The translations under genes and the position numbers were made by a program. Source: an uncultured virus (IMG/VR IMGVR_UViG_3300034355_000834) (lineage: Duplodnaviria > Heunggongvirae > Uroviricota > Caudoviricetes). From it: 64,000 nucleotides of DNA. Each line of letters opens with the position of its first letter. The first letter of the stretch is position 1. The notes under the pieces were generated by a model. That model had not been told where the DNA came from. It searched no databases and saw only the letters and a program-made list of their open reading frames with translations. The stretch lies in IMG/VR virus record IMGVR_UViG_3300034355_000834. One strand, 5' to 3'. Below, in pieces: positions 52,153-60,975 of this stretch.

Positions 52153-53913
52153 ATGACAATTAAACTCAACAATATTACACTCAAAAATTTTCTATCAATC
52201 GGAGCGTCGTCTCAAGGAATTCATCTTGGGACAAACGAACTGACGTTGATCTTAGGCGAAAACATTGATCTTGGTGGTGATGGTAGCAGAAATGGAACTG
52301 GAAAAACTTCCATTCTTCAAGCTATTTCATATGCGCTATATGGTCAATCTATTAGCTCAATTAAAAAAGATAATCTTATCAATCTAACCAACAATAAAAA
52401 TATGTTGGTGAGCATTGACTTTACAATCAATGATAAGGAATACAGAATTGAACGAGGAAGAAGGCCAAACATTCTTAAATTTTATGTAAACGACCAAGAG
52501 CAAAAATTCAATGATGAAGCTCAGGGTGATAGCCGAGAAACGCAATACGCGATTGAAAAATTGATAGGCATCAGTCATGATATGTTCAAGCATATTGTAG
52601 CTATCAACACCTATACTGAATCGTTTTTAGCACTCAAGACGAACGATCAGCGAGTAATTATTGAACAACTATTAGGAATCACTCAGTTAAGTGAACGAGC
52701 AGAAAAAATAAAAGAGCAATCAAAAGCAACCAGAGATTCTATATCTCAAGAAGAATTCAGAATAAAAGCAATCAATGAAGCCAACAATAAAATTCAAGAG
52801 CAAATTGATAGCTTAATCAAACGACAAAAATTATGGCTCAATAAACAAGCTCAAGATATTGAATCATTCAAAAACGCATTAGACGATCTATCACACGTTG
52901 AAATTGAATCTGAAATTCAAGGTCATAAAAATTTGGAAGAATGGTTGATTAAAAGCACAGCGATCACCGAGGCCGAAAAGTGGATTAAATCAATTGATTC
53001 CGAACAAAAGCGATTAGAGAAAACTCAGAGTAAGCTAAAAACAGAAATTGAGGCACTTGAATCACATAAATGTTACGCTTGTGGTCAAGAGCTACACGAT
53101 GAAAAACAAAATGAAATCATCCAATCAAAGAGCGAAATGCTACAAGAAGCGGTGACGCAGTGGTTATCAAACGATACTCAATGGCATGAACATAAAAAAA
53201 TTATTGATGAGTTGGGTGATATTGGCAAGCGACCTACCGTTTTTTACAATACGCTTGAGCAAGCATTAAATCATCGCCATGCGGTAGAATCACTTGAACA
53301 ACAGATGAATAGTAGAATCAACGACCATGATCCTTATGGCGAACAGATTGATGATATGAAACATCGTGCATTACAAGAAATTAGCTACGATAAGCTCAAT
53401 GAACTGACACGAATAAACGAACACCAAGATTTTCTGCTAAAATTGCTAACCAGCAAAGATAGCTTTATTCGTAAAAAAATCATTGATCAGAATCTAGCTT
53501 ATCTAAATTCAAGGTTGACGCATTATTTGGATAGAATGGGCTTACCTCATGTTGTAAAATTTCAAAATGATTTATCAGTATCTATTGAAGAATACGGCAG
53601 AGAAATGTGCTTTGGCAATCTTAGCAGGGGTGAGATGACCCGATTAACACTATCATTGAGCTTCGCATTTAGAGACGTGTTTGAAAGTCTTTTTTCATCC
53701 ATCAATCTTTTATTGATAGATGAAATGATTGATGCCGGATTGGATTCTACTGGTGTTGAGAATGCGTTATCAGTATTGAAGAAGATTTCACGCGATAGAC
53801 AAAAGAGCATATTCTTGGTATCACACCGCGAAGAACTATTGAGCAGAGTAGATAGAAAATTGTTGGTAGTTAAAGAAAATGGATTCACCTCATTTAGCGA
53901 GGAGGCATCATGA
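52153..53913 (+). CDS. Recombination ATPase, gp46/Rad50/SbcC-like
   Basis: NGTGKT Walker A, CYAC zinc hook, LSRGE signature, LLIDE and VSH. Confidence 0.93.
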   Translation: MTIKLNNITLKNFLSIGASSQGIHLGTNELTLILGENIDLGGDGSRNGTGKTSILQAISYALYGQSISSIKKDNLINLTNNKNMLVSIDFTINDKEYRIERGRRPNILKFYVNDQEQKFNDEAQGDSRETQYAIEKLIGISHDMFKHIVAINTYTESFLALKTNDQRVIIEQLLGITQLSERAEKIKEQSKATRDSISQEEFRIKAINEANNKIQEQIDSLIKRQKLWLNKQAQDIESFKNALDDLSHVEIESEIQGHKNLEEWLIKSTAITEAEKWIKSIDSEQKRLEKTQSKLKTEIEALESHKCYACGQELHDEKQNEIIQSKSEMLQEAVTQWLSNDTQWHEHKKIIDELGDIGKRPTVFYNTLEQALNHRHAVESLEQQMNSRINDHDPYGEQIDDMKHRALQEISYDKLNELTRINEHQDFLLKLLTSKDSFIRKKIIDQNLAYLNSRLTHYLDRMGLPHVVKFQNDLSVSIEEYGREMCFGNLSRGEMTRLTLSLSFAFRDVFESLFSSINLLLIDEMIDAGLDSTGVENALSVLKKISRDRQKSIFLVSHREELLSRVDRKLLVVKENGFTSFSEEAS

Positions 53914-54344
53914 AACAACGAATGATAGAATTTTACCTTGATTTAGCTAAACGAACAGCACAATTGAGCAGAGCGAAAAAACTTCAAGTAGGATGTGTGT
54001 TAGTTACTACAGAAGACGCTTTGCTGTATGGGTGGAATGGTGTACCGGCTGCTGGGCGTGGTGGTTGGCTCAATCAATGTGAATATGAATTGGAAGACGG
54101 TTCTCTTAAAACATACGATTACGTACTTCATGCGGAATCAAACGCCTTGATGAAATTAGCGAAATCTACATTAAGCGGAATAGGATCATCGTTGTTTTGT
54201 ACTCATAGTCCTTGTATTCATTGCGCTAAGTTGATTTATCAAGCGGGCATCGTGTCTGTGCATTATATTGAGGATTATCGGTGTGATCATGGGGTGGAAT
54301 TTCTGAAACAATGCGAGGTAGAAATAATCAAACATAATAGTTGA
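53910..54344 (+). CDS. dCMP deaminase
   Basis: HAESNA and SPCIHC zinc motifs. Confidence 0.9.
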   Translation: MKQRMIEFYLDLAKRTAQLSRAKKLQVGCVLVTTEDALLYGWNGVPAAGRGGWLNQCEYELEDGSLKTYDYVLHAESNALMKLAKSTLSGIGSSLFCTHSPCIHCAKLIYQAGIVSVHYIEDYRCDHGVEFLKQCEVEIIKHNS

Positions 54345-54368
54345 CATTCTGAATTTTTTCTGTATAAT
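54341..54368 (+). promoter_or_regulatory. Sigma70-type early promoter
   Basis: TTGACA-N16-TATAAT with TTCTG before the -10 box. Confidence 0.8.
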
Positions 54369-54417
54369 GCCTCTCACGGTCGGGCTGTTCCGATTCAAAA
54401 TTTTAAAGAGGCATTAA

Positions 54418-55827
54418 ATGATTACACTACGCGATTATCAGACCGAGACTCTAAACAACATTATTGCTGCTATCTATGCTGGCAACGGTTCAGTTAGCGG
54501 CAGAGTGGTTATCCCAACTGGTGGCGGCAAGACATTTCTTGAAGCTGCTGCATTGCATCACCAAATGAGTGAAAATTCAGAATCACGCATTCATTTGGTG
54601 CTTGCTCCTCGCATTCTACTCGTTAACCAACTGATTGATGAATACCGCAAATTCGCAAGCAACGGATTTAACGTAGCAGCATTTCACTCCGGTGAATATG
54701 AGCCGGATGCACAAAGTCTTTCTGTTCTCGGCAATGTTCCAACGACCACTTGCAAGGCAGATATTCTTGAAGCCTTGGATAATGCAAAATTCAGAAATCG
54801 CGATCTCGTGGTATTCAGCACATATCATTCTTGCGGAAGATTGGCGGGAATTAATTTCGACACGATGATTGCAGACGAGAGTCAATTCTGCGTTGCCGAA
54901 GGTTTTCACGTAGACGTGATGAATGTTTCCGCTCGCGTAAAGTTATATTTTACTGCCACCGAAAAGCACACAGCATCATGCCTCGGACGAGGTCTCAATA
55001 ATGAAATCGCTTATGGCAAAAAACTTTCTAATGTAACTGCCGACATGTTGGTTGCAAAGGGAGTAATTCTACCGCCGAGAATGCACATCGCTCATTGCGA
55101 AGTAAACGAGGAAGTGGAAGATCCAACTTTGGATAAGGTTATTGAGATTGCAACAAAACAACATGAACTATCAGAGGACTTGGGATTCAGCAAAATAATC
55201 TTCGCAATGAATGGCACAAATGCTGTTCGCACAATTGAGGAGAATGCCAAAATTTTGAAGAGTAAATTCCCAGATCACGATATCTTTTGCATCACTTCAA
55301 AATTTGGTTCCAGCATAAACGGCGTTGAGACAAATCGTTCTGCATTTATGGAAATTATGCGAGATTGCCAATCTGCTTTAATTTTTCATTACGATATTCT
55401 CAGTGAGGGTATTGATATTGATGGCATCACCGGGGTTGCGTTGCTGAGAGGCATGGACCAAACGAAGTTGCAACAGACTATTGGCAGAGCAGTTCGCCTT
55501 TATAAGAAAGCACCTGAGCTAAAAACTTGCGCATGGGTATCGGTTCCTGTGGTAAACGGCAACGAAGATGATTTAGCCAATGTATATCGGGTAGTTCATG
55601 CCATTCGTGAAGGTGGATATGACCTGAGCTATGATGAAGTAGTTATCACTAGCCCAGTTCATATTCCAGAATCTGATCCGATTGAAAACGCTTATGGCGA
55701 TGATCCAAAGAAATCTGCCACCACTCATATTGAAAATATCTTTCATGAGATTGAATTGGGAGCGTATTGGGATAAAGTAGCAAAAAGCGAAACTTTTGAT
55801 GATTTAATCTCTAGTCTTGACTTTTAA
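54418..55827 (+). CDS. SF2 helicase/ATPase, Type III Res/Type ISP-like
   Basis: LRDYQ, PTGGGKT, APRILL, STYHS, DESQ, TAT, LSEGID and QTIGRAVR. Confidence 0.88.
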   Translation: MITLRDYQTETLNNIIAAIYAGNGSVSGRVVIPTGGGKTFLEAAALHHQMSENSESRIHLVLAPRILLVNQLIDEYRKFASNGFNVAAFHSGEYEPDAQSLSVLGNVPTTTCKADILEALDNAKFRNRDLVVFSTYHSCGRLAGINFDTMIADESQFCVAEGFHVDVMNVSARVKLYFTATEKHTASCLGRGLNNEIAYGKKLSNVTADMLVAKGVILPPRMHIAHCEVNEEVEDPTLDKVIEIATKQHELSEDLGFSKIIFAMNGTNAVRTIEENAKILKSKFPDHDIFCITSKFGSSINGVETNRSAFMEIMRDCQSALIFHYDILSEGIDIDGITGVALLRGMDQTKLQQTIGRAVRLYKKAPELKTCAWVSVPVVNGNEDDLANVYRVVHAIREGGYDLSYDEVVITSPVHIPESDPIENAYGDDPKKSATTHIENIFHEIELGAYWDKVAKSETFDDLISSLDF

Positions 55828-55844
55828 ATTTAATTCTGTATAAT
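55817..55844 (+). promoter_or_regulatory. Sigma70-type promoter for the MTase expression locus
   Basis: TTGACT-N16-TATAAT with TTCTG; GAGG RBS before ATG 55870. Confidence 0.75.
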
Positions 55845-55869
55845 AGCCACTTCACTTAACGAGGATTTT

Positions 55870-56913
55870 ATGAATAACTTTGCAAATCACGACACACTAT
55901 CAAAACTGTACAAGGTGATTGATGTTGCCCCACCACACCTACGTTATGATGATAGCCACAATGTCCGCACTCCCAAGAAGCTAGTACACGAAATCTTGGA
56001 CCAAGTGGATGTTCACAATAAAACCATTTTAGTCATATTCAATGTTGAATGGATGTTCTCGTTGGTGTATCATTATGGCGTGAACCCAAAGAACATAACG
56101 TTCTACTCGGATCATTGGATAAAGTCCGAGTACGCCAAGCGTATTGGCATTGAAGTAATAAATAGCTTAATGATAGATAGAAAATTTGATATTGTAGTGG
56201 GTAATCCGCCTTTCTCAAAAGGTAAACAATTGCTTTATCCTCAATTTTTTAAGGATTCATTGGATTTAGCCGAACTTGTGGTAATGATTATGCCATATAA
56301 TATATTAGCCGGAGGAAAGGTAAAATCACATAACAAATTGCTAAAAACTCATTCAATTAGTATTTCAGAAAATATAACAAATCATTTTAAAAATGTTGGC
56401 GTAGTTGACATGAGATATATTATTGCATCCAAAGATCAAATCAATGATATTGTCGACAATTCTTTTCAGTATGAAGAAATACTGCCCGATAACACAAGGC
56501 TACCGACTCCCATAAGAGGAATGAGTGGTCTTTCTACACCAAAGAATGAAGACCCCGACGGAGTAACAGGAATTTACGCCATACACAGAGGAAATAAGGC
56601 AATATGTAAAAAATACAGAACTGAGGTTGCCGCGCAAGTAAGAAAACCGATGAATTCAACTAGCCCTTGGTTCGTTTTGATTAGCATGAATCCGTATAAG
56701 GGACTTTTTAATACTGCTGTTATAAAAAATGACGGAATGATTTGGAGTGGAAAAGTATATGCATTTGAATCTTCATCCGAAGATGAAGCAAACAAGTTAG
56801 CAGAATGGTTAGTATCAGATGTTATTCAACAAGAAGTGAGAAAATTCCTGGAAGAGAAAAAAACTTATGCCATTTCCCAAGAAATGATTAAAAAATTACC
56901 CAACTACAAGTAA
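55870..56913 (+). CDS. N6-adenine methyltransferase-fold protein (expression locus: 97-aa head plus cassette A)
   Basis: Motif X-like VRTP..LV.EILD, motif IV FDIVVGNPPF and a C-terminal TRD; motif I lacks GxG. Confidence 0.8.
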   Translation: MNNFANHDTLSKLYKVIDVAPPHLRYDDSHNVRTPKKLVHEILDQVDVHNKTILVIFNVEWMFSLVYHYGVNPKNITFYSDHWIKSEYAKRIGIEVINSLMIDRKFDIVVGNPPFSKGKQLLYPQFFKDSLDLAELVVMIMPYNILAGGKVKSHNKLLKTHSISISENITNHFKNVGVVDMRYIIASKDQINDIVDNSFQYEEILPDNTRLPTPIRGMSGLSTPKNEDPDGVTGIYAIHRGNKAICKKYRTEVAAQVRKPMNSTSPWFVLISMNPYKGLFNTAVIKNDGMIWSGKVYAFESSSEDEANKLAEWLVSDVIQQEVRKFLEEKKTYAISQEMIKKLPNYK

Positions 56914-56922
56914 AAACTAAAC

Positions 56923-56994
56923 GGACATGGATGTCCTTTGAATAGCTTAATGATAGATAGAAAATTTGATATTGTAGTGAGTAATCCGCCTTTC
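56923..56994 (+). repeat. Cassette junction site 1: palindrome plus conserved repeat
   Basis: GGACATGGATGTCC-TTTG then AATAGCTTAATGATAGATAGAAAATTTGATATTGTAGTG.GTAATCCGCCTTTC; the repeat alone also occurs at 56161 inside the expressed gene. Confidence 0.95.
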
Positions 56995-57873
56995 CAAAAA
57001 ACGGTAAACGGTCAGAGATTTCATGCAGCCGCGAATCATTGGCCAGAATTCGTAGTTAAAGCTGAAGCACTGACAAACACTGACGGTGTATTCGCTCTAA
57101 TCACACCGAATGGTTGGATGACGCCATCCGCCGATGTTGGGAAGGGGAAAGGAGGAATTCGCATTTACGATTATTTACGAAATTATAAAACAATTTCAAT
57201 AAACATCGATGAATGCGGTAGGCACTTTAAAGACTATGCGTCATCATTTACTTACTTCATCATCCAAAAAACAGAAGGAACATCCGATTTAACAAAAATA
57301 GTAACGAAGGATTCTGAATTTAATGCGAACATAACGGATGTAGAATATTTCCCATCAATGGTTAATCCAATATCACTATCGTTGAATAAAAAAATTCTGC
57401 GAGGCAAACCTATTGGATTTACAAACAACAATACAGCAGAATCATTAAAGTTTGGCAAAGATATTACTGAAGTTCCATCAATTGATCATGGTGTAAAGTG
57501 CTATCACAGCTCTGCAAAGACGGGAACATATGTTTATTCATCTTATACCTCTTGCGCAGTGTCCAAGAAAAAAGTAATGGTATGCAGTTCAGGAACCTTT
57601 CTACCGATATATGATCAAGGAGTTTTGGGGTTTACCAATAAAATTTACGTATATTATTTAACAAATAACGAGAACCTGAACTCAATAAAAAGTTATCTTG
57701 AGAGTAAATTGATCAAAGCAATACTATCATTCAATAAAACATCTGGGTGGACAAGTTATGCCCTAAGAGTATTGCCCAAGGTTGATTTTACGAAAAATTG
57801 GACCGACGAAGAGTTATACGCGCACTTCAACCTAACCCAAGAGGAGATTGATCTGATTGAGGCATCAGTTTAA
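56941..57873 (+). CDS. Headless MTase cassette B (NPPF plus an unrelated Type IIG/Eco57I-like TRD)
   Basis: Begins at the shared repeat and diverges right after NPPF; ends VDFTKNWTDEELYAHFNLTQEEIDLIE; no clear RBS. Confidence 0.8.
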   Translation, partial: NSLMIDRKFDIVVSNPPFQKTVNGQRFHAAANHWPEFVVKAEALTNTDGVFALITPNGWMTPSADVGKGKGGIRIYDYLRNYKTISINIDECGRHFKDYASSFTYFIIQKTEGTSDLTKIVTKDSEFNANITDVEYFPSMVNPISLSLNKKILRGKPIGFTNNNTAESLKFGKDITEVPSIDHGVKCYHSSAKTGTYVYSSYTSCAVSKKKVMVCSSGTFLPIYDQGVLGFTNKIYVYYLTNNENLNSIKSYLESKLIKAILSFNKTSGWTSYALRVLPKVDFTKNWTDEELYAHFNLTQEEIDLIEASV

Positions 57874-57889
57874 CAACTCTGGATTTAAT

Positions 57890-57961
57890 GGACATGGATG
57901 TCCTTTGAATAGCTTAATGATGGATAGAAAATTTGATATTGTAGTGGGTAATCCGCCTTTC
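57890..57961 (+). repeat. Cassette junction site 2
   Basis: GGACATGGATGTCCTTTG plus the same repeat (one mismatch). Confidence 0.95.
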
Positions 57962-58663
57962 TCAAAAGGTAAACAATTGCTTTATCCTCAATTTTTTAAG
58001 GATTCATTGGATTTAGCCGAACTTGTGGTAATGATTATGCCTTACAGCGAAAATTCAAACGGAGTGAAGGTAAAATCACATAACAAATTGCTAAAAACTC
58101 ATTCAATTAGTATTTCAGAAAATATAACAAATCATTTTAAAAATGTTGGCGTATCCGATATGAGATATATCTTTGCATCCAAAGATCAAATCAATGATAT
58201 CGTCGACAATTCTTTTCAATATGAAGAAATACTACCCGATAACGCAAGGCTACCGACTCCCATAAGAGGAATGATTGGACTCAACATGCGAATAAACGAA
58301 GATCCAGCGGGTGTAACCGGGATTTACACTATACACAGAGGCAACAAGGTAATAATAAAAAAATATAAACCAGAGGTCGCTAATAAAGTAAAAAAGTCCA
58401 TGAATTCAACTAGCCCTTGGTTCGTTTTGATTCAAGAAAATCCGTCTAGGGGACGCTTTAATACCACTGTTATAAAAAATGACGGAATGATTTGGGGTTC
58501 TAAAATATTCGCGTTGGAATCCAACACCGAAGATGAAGCAAACAAGTTAGCAGAATGGTTAGTATCAGATGTTATTCAACAAGAAGTGAGAAAATTCCTG
58601 GAAGAGAAAAAAACTTATGCCATTTCCCAAGAAATGATTAAAAAATTACCCAACTACAAGTAA
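57908..58663 (+). CDS. Headless MTase cassette C (variant of A)
   Basis: Long blocks identical to A at the nucleotide level, separated by hypervariable patches. Confidence 0.8.
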   Translation, partial: NSLMMDRKFDIVVGNPPFSKGKQLLYPQFFKDSLDLAELVVMIMPYSENSNGVKVKSHNKLLKTHSISISENITNHFKNVGVSDMRYIFASKDQINDIVDNSFQYEEILPDNARLPTPIRGMIGLNMRINEDPAGVTGIYTIHRGNKVIIKKYKPEVANKVKKSMNSTSPWFVLIQENPSRGRFNTTVIKNDGMIWGSKIFALESNTEDEANKLAEWLVSDVIQQEVRKFLEEKKTYAISQEMIKKLPNYK

Positions 58664-58672
58664 AAACTAAAC

Positions 58673-58744
58673 GGACATGGATGTCCTTTGAATAGCTTAA
58701 TGATAGATAGAAAATTTGATATTGTAGTGGGTAATCCGCCTTTC
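58673..58744 (+). repeat. Cassette junction site 3
   Basis: GGACATGGATGTCCTTTG plus the same repeat. Confidence 0.95.
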
Positions 58745-59443
58745 TCAAAAGGTAAACAATTGCTTTATCCTCAATTTTTTAAGGATTCATTGGATTTAGC
58801 CGAACTTGTGGTAATGATTATGCCATATAATATATTAGCCGGAGGAAAGGTAAAATCACATAACAAATTGCTAAAAACTCATTCAATTAGTATTTCAGAA
58901 AATATAACAAATCATTTTAAAAATGTTGGCGTACCGGATATGAGATATATTATTGCATCTAAAGATCAAATCAATGATATCGTCGAGGATTCTTTTCAAT
59001 ATGAAGAAATACTACCCGATAACGCAAGGCTACCGACTCCCATAAGAGGAATGATCAGCCTCACTGCCTCTATAAATCAAGACCCCAATGGCGTAACGGG
59101 AATTTACGCCATACACAGAGGCAACAAGATAATTTATAAAAAATACAGAACTGAAGTTACAAAGCAAGTAAAAAAGTCGATGAATTCAACTAGCCCTTGG
59201 TTCGTTTTACTCAACACCGAGCCGTCCAAAGGACTTTTTAATACTGCTGTTATAAAAAATGACGGAATTTTATGGTGCCACAAAGTTCTCGCGCTTGAAT
59301 CTTCATCCGAGGATGAAGCAAATAAGTTGGCAGAATGGTTAGTATCAGATGTTATTCAACAAGAAGTGAGGAAATTGCTTAAAGTCAAGGGGTCATATAC
59401 CATTTCCCAAGAAATGATTAAAAAATTACCCAACTACAAGTAA
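58691..59443 (+). CDS. Headless MTase cassette D (variant of A/C)
   Basis: Mosaic of A- and C-type blocks plus unique patches; no palindrome follows it. Confidence 0.8.
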   Translation, partial: NSLMIDRKFDIVVGNPPFSKGKQLLYPQFFKDSLDLAELVVMIMPYNILAGGKVKSHNKLLKTHSISISENITNHFKNVGVPDMRYIIASKDQINDIVEDSFQYEEILPDNARLPTPIRGMISLTASINQDPNGVTGIYAIHRGNKIIYKKYRTEVTKQVKKSMNSTSPWFVLLNTEPSKGLFNTAVIKNDGILWCHKVLALESSSEDEANKLAEWLVSDVIQQEVRKLLKVKGSYTISQEMIKKLPNYK

Positions 59444-59485
59444 AAACTAAACAACAAAATTTCAACAAACAACACCAGAGGACTC

Positions 59486-60516
59486 ATGTACCATAGATTC
59501 AAGTATATTTGTTACGATAAGGATAAACTCCTTAAAGGATGTAAAAAATTAAGCACATTTATGAATCGGTTGGATAAACAAAGCAAGGAAGAACACGGAA
59601 TGGGATGGACTTCAGACAAGTACAAAGGAGAGGGCTTTGAAGCGTTCATTGAGGTCCTCATCAAAAATAGTCCAATTGATAAGCGAATCAACATCAAAAA
59701 TTATCGCCCACATTCTGTAAAAAAGAATGGACCAGATATGGGCATTGATGGATATGGCATCTCTCATGACGGGAATCCTCACACTGTTCAGATTAAATTC
59801 CGAAGTTTAGTAATGGAGGATTTAACCACAAAAGACGCCATATCAAATTTCGTCGCTACTACTGCCGCGAATCCAAAATATAAAGATGCCGATATGACTA
59901 TTTTTACCACAGCGGCAGGTCTAAATTTTAAATTAGCGGACAAAATGTATCATAATCGCGTGAGAACAATTGGATACTTGGCATCCCCGCCTGTCATACC
60001 TTCACTCGGTGTCCTACCTCGTTTGGTAAGACCTCGTTTTATATCCGATAGACTTCTTGAGTTCTACGTTTCATCGGTATCTCAATTACTCACGGATATT
60101 AAATCTGCAATAATTGAGGTTATTCATACCTCCACGTGCATTAATTCGGACGTACCCCGCCCTATTGCCGTTAGGCCTTGCGATTTTAATAATATCGCTA
60201 CAATTACGAGCATATACTACCCGGGCATCCCATGAGTGCTTATTTCATCACCCAATTGCTACGCCACTGTTTTTATTTATCAGTTCTTCAACTGATGTGA
60301 TAATTTTATCATTACCTGACCAAGAAGTCAAGTGTTTTTTATCTGAGAAACGGCGGGGATAACCACCTCTATGCCCCAAAACGTCCTGCTACGCAATGAC
60401 TCGCCGAATATGCGTTTGGGGGTCGTCGTACATCCTTGTACTCCTTCGAAGAATTATCTGATCTGGTAGATAACAATCAATCATTTTGGGAATCCTTCAG
60501 AAAAGAACTAACATAA
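59486..60516 (+). pseudogene. Mrr-like PD-(D/E)XK endonuclease interrupted by an insertion (5' part 59486-59977, 3' part 60448-60516)
   Basis: GEGFEAF, DMGIDG and VQIKFR catalytic motifs. The protein becomes implausible after RTIGY, and EELSDLVDNNQSFWESFRKELT* resumes in another frame at 60448. Confidence 0.7.
59978..60447 (-). mobile_element. Non-autonomous IS200/IS605/IS607-like element with a tnpB 3' remnant and omegaRNA-like sequence
   Basis: Minus strand encodes AILLKSQGLTAIGRGTSELMHVE (TnpB-tail-like) overlapping GGGCGGGGTACGTCCGAATTAATGCACGTGGAG...CCGATGAAACGTAGAA; internal TTGACT-N17-TAAAAT; subterminal hairpin at 60373-60423. Confidence 0.6.
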
Positions 60517-60519
60517 TAG

Positions 60520-60548
60520 TTGACAACATAAAAATTTTTCTGTATAAT
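60520..60548 (+). promoter_or_regulatory. Sigma70-type early promoter
   Basis: TTGACA-N17-TATAAT with TTCTG. Confidence 0.8.
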
Positions 60549-60575
60549 TGTCTTCCTTAACTATCGAGGAAGACA

Positions 60576-60968
60576 ATGTCTAAATTATACTTCGCTTATG
60601 GGGCGAATATCAACAAGGATTCAATGAGGATTCGTTGCCCCGATGCTCAACCAATTCGTCCCATTATTCTTCGTGATTGGGAACTTGTTTTTTACAGTCA
60701 TGCATCGGTTGAACCAAAGAATGGCGCGATTGTTCACGGTGTTCTTTGGGAGATTACACCAGAATGCGAAGAATCCCTTGATATATACGAGGGATTTCCC
60801 ATCTATTACACCAAGGTAGATTATATTCAAGATGATGAAGAGTTCTTTTTTTACGAGATGAACGGCCATCGTTCTGGAACACCATCACCGAGATACGTCA
60901 ATGATATCAATGATGCCTATAAATCATGGGGCATTGATCATCATATCGCCGTGAATAATTATTTTTGA
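60576..60968 (+). CDS. Gamma-glutamylcyclotransferase (AIG2-like) family protein
   Basis: YFAYGANI, VHGVLWEI and LDIYEG.P.YY. Confidence 0.88.
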   Translation: MSKLYFAYGANINKDSMRIRCPDAQPIRPIILRDWELVFYSHASVEPKNGAIVHGVLWEITPECEESLDIYEGFPIYYTKVDYIQDDEEFFFYEMNGHRSGTPSPRYVNDINDAYKSWGIDHHIAVNNYF

Positions 60969-60975
60969 ATAATCA

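Noticed and set aside
56923..58744. CRISPR array
   Set aside because: The repeats are 0.75-0.95 kb apart and separated by coding cassettes; no short repeat-spacer array was seen anywhere in the window.
56161..59443. Diversity-generating retroelement (TR/VR) as the source of cassette variation
   Set aside because: Differences involve all bases and an in-frame indel rather than adenine-only changes, and no reverse transcriptase is present in the window.
59978..60235. C-terminal 85 aa of the 249-aa ORF, and ORF 60114-60362, as real protein
   Set aside because: Composition is atypical and lies inside the antisense insertion; a more plausible C-terminus resumes at 60448.
59978..60447. Self-splicing group I/II intron or IStron in the nuclease gene
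   Set aside because: No recognisable P7 core, terminal G or group II domain V on the plus strand, and the TnpB-like features face the opposite way. Not fully excluded without RT-PCR.
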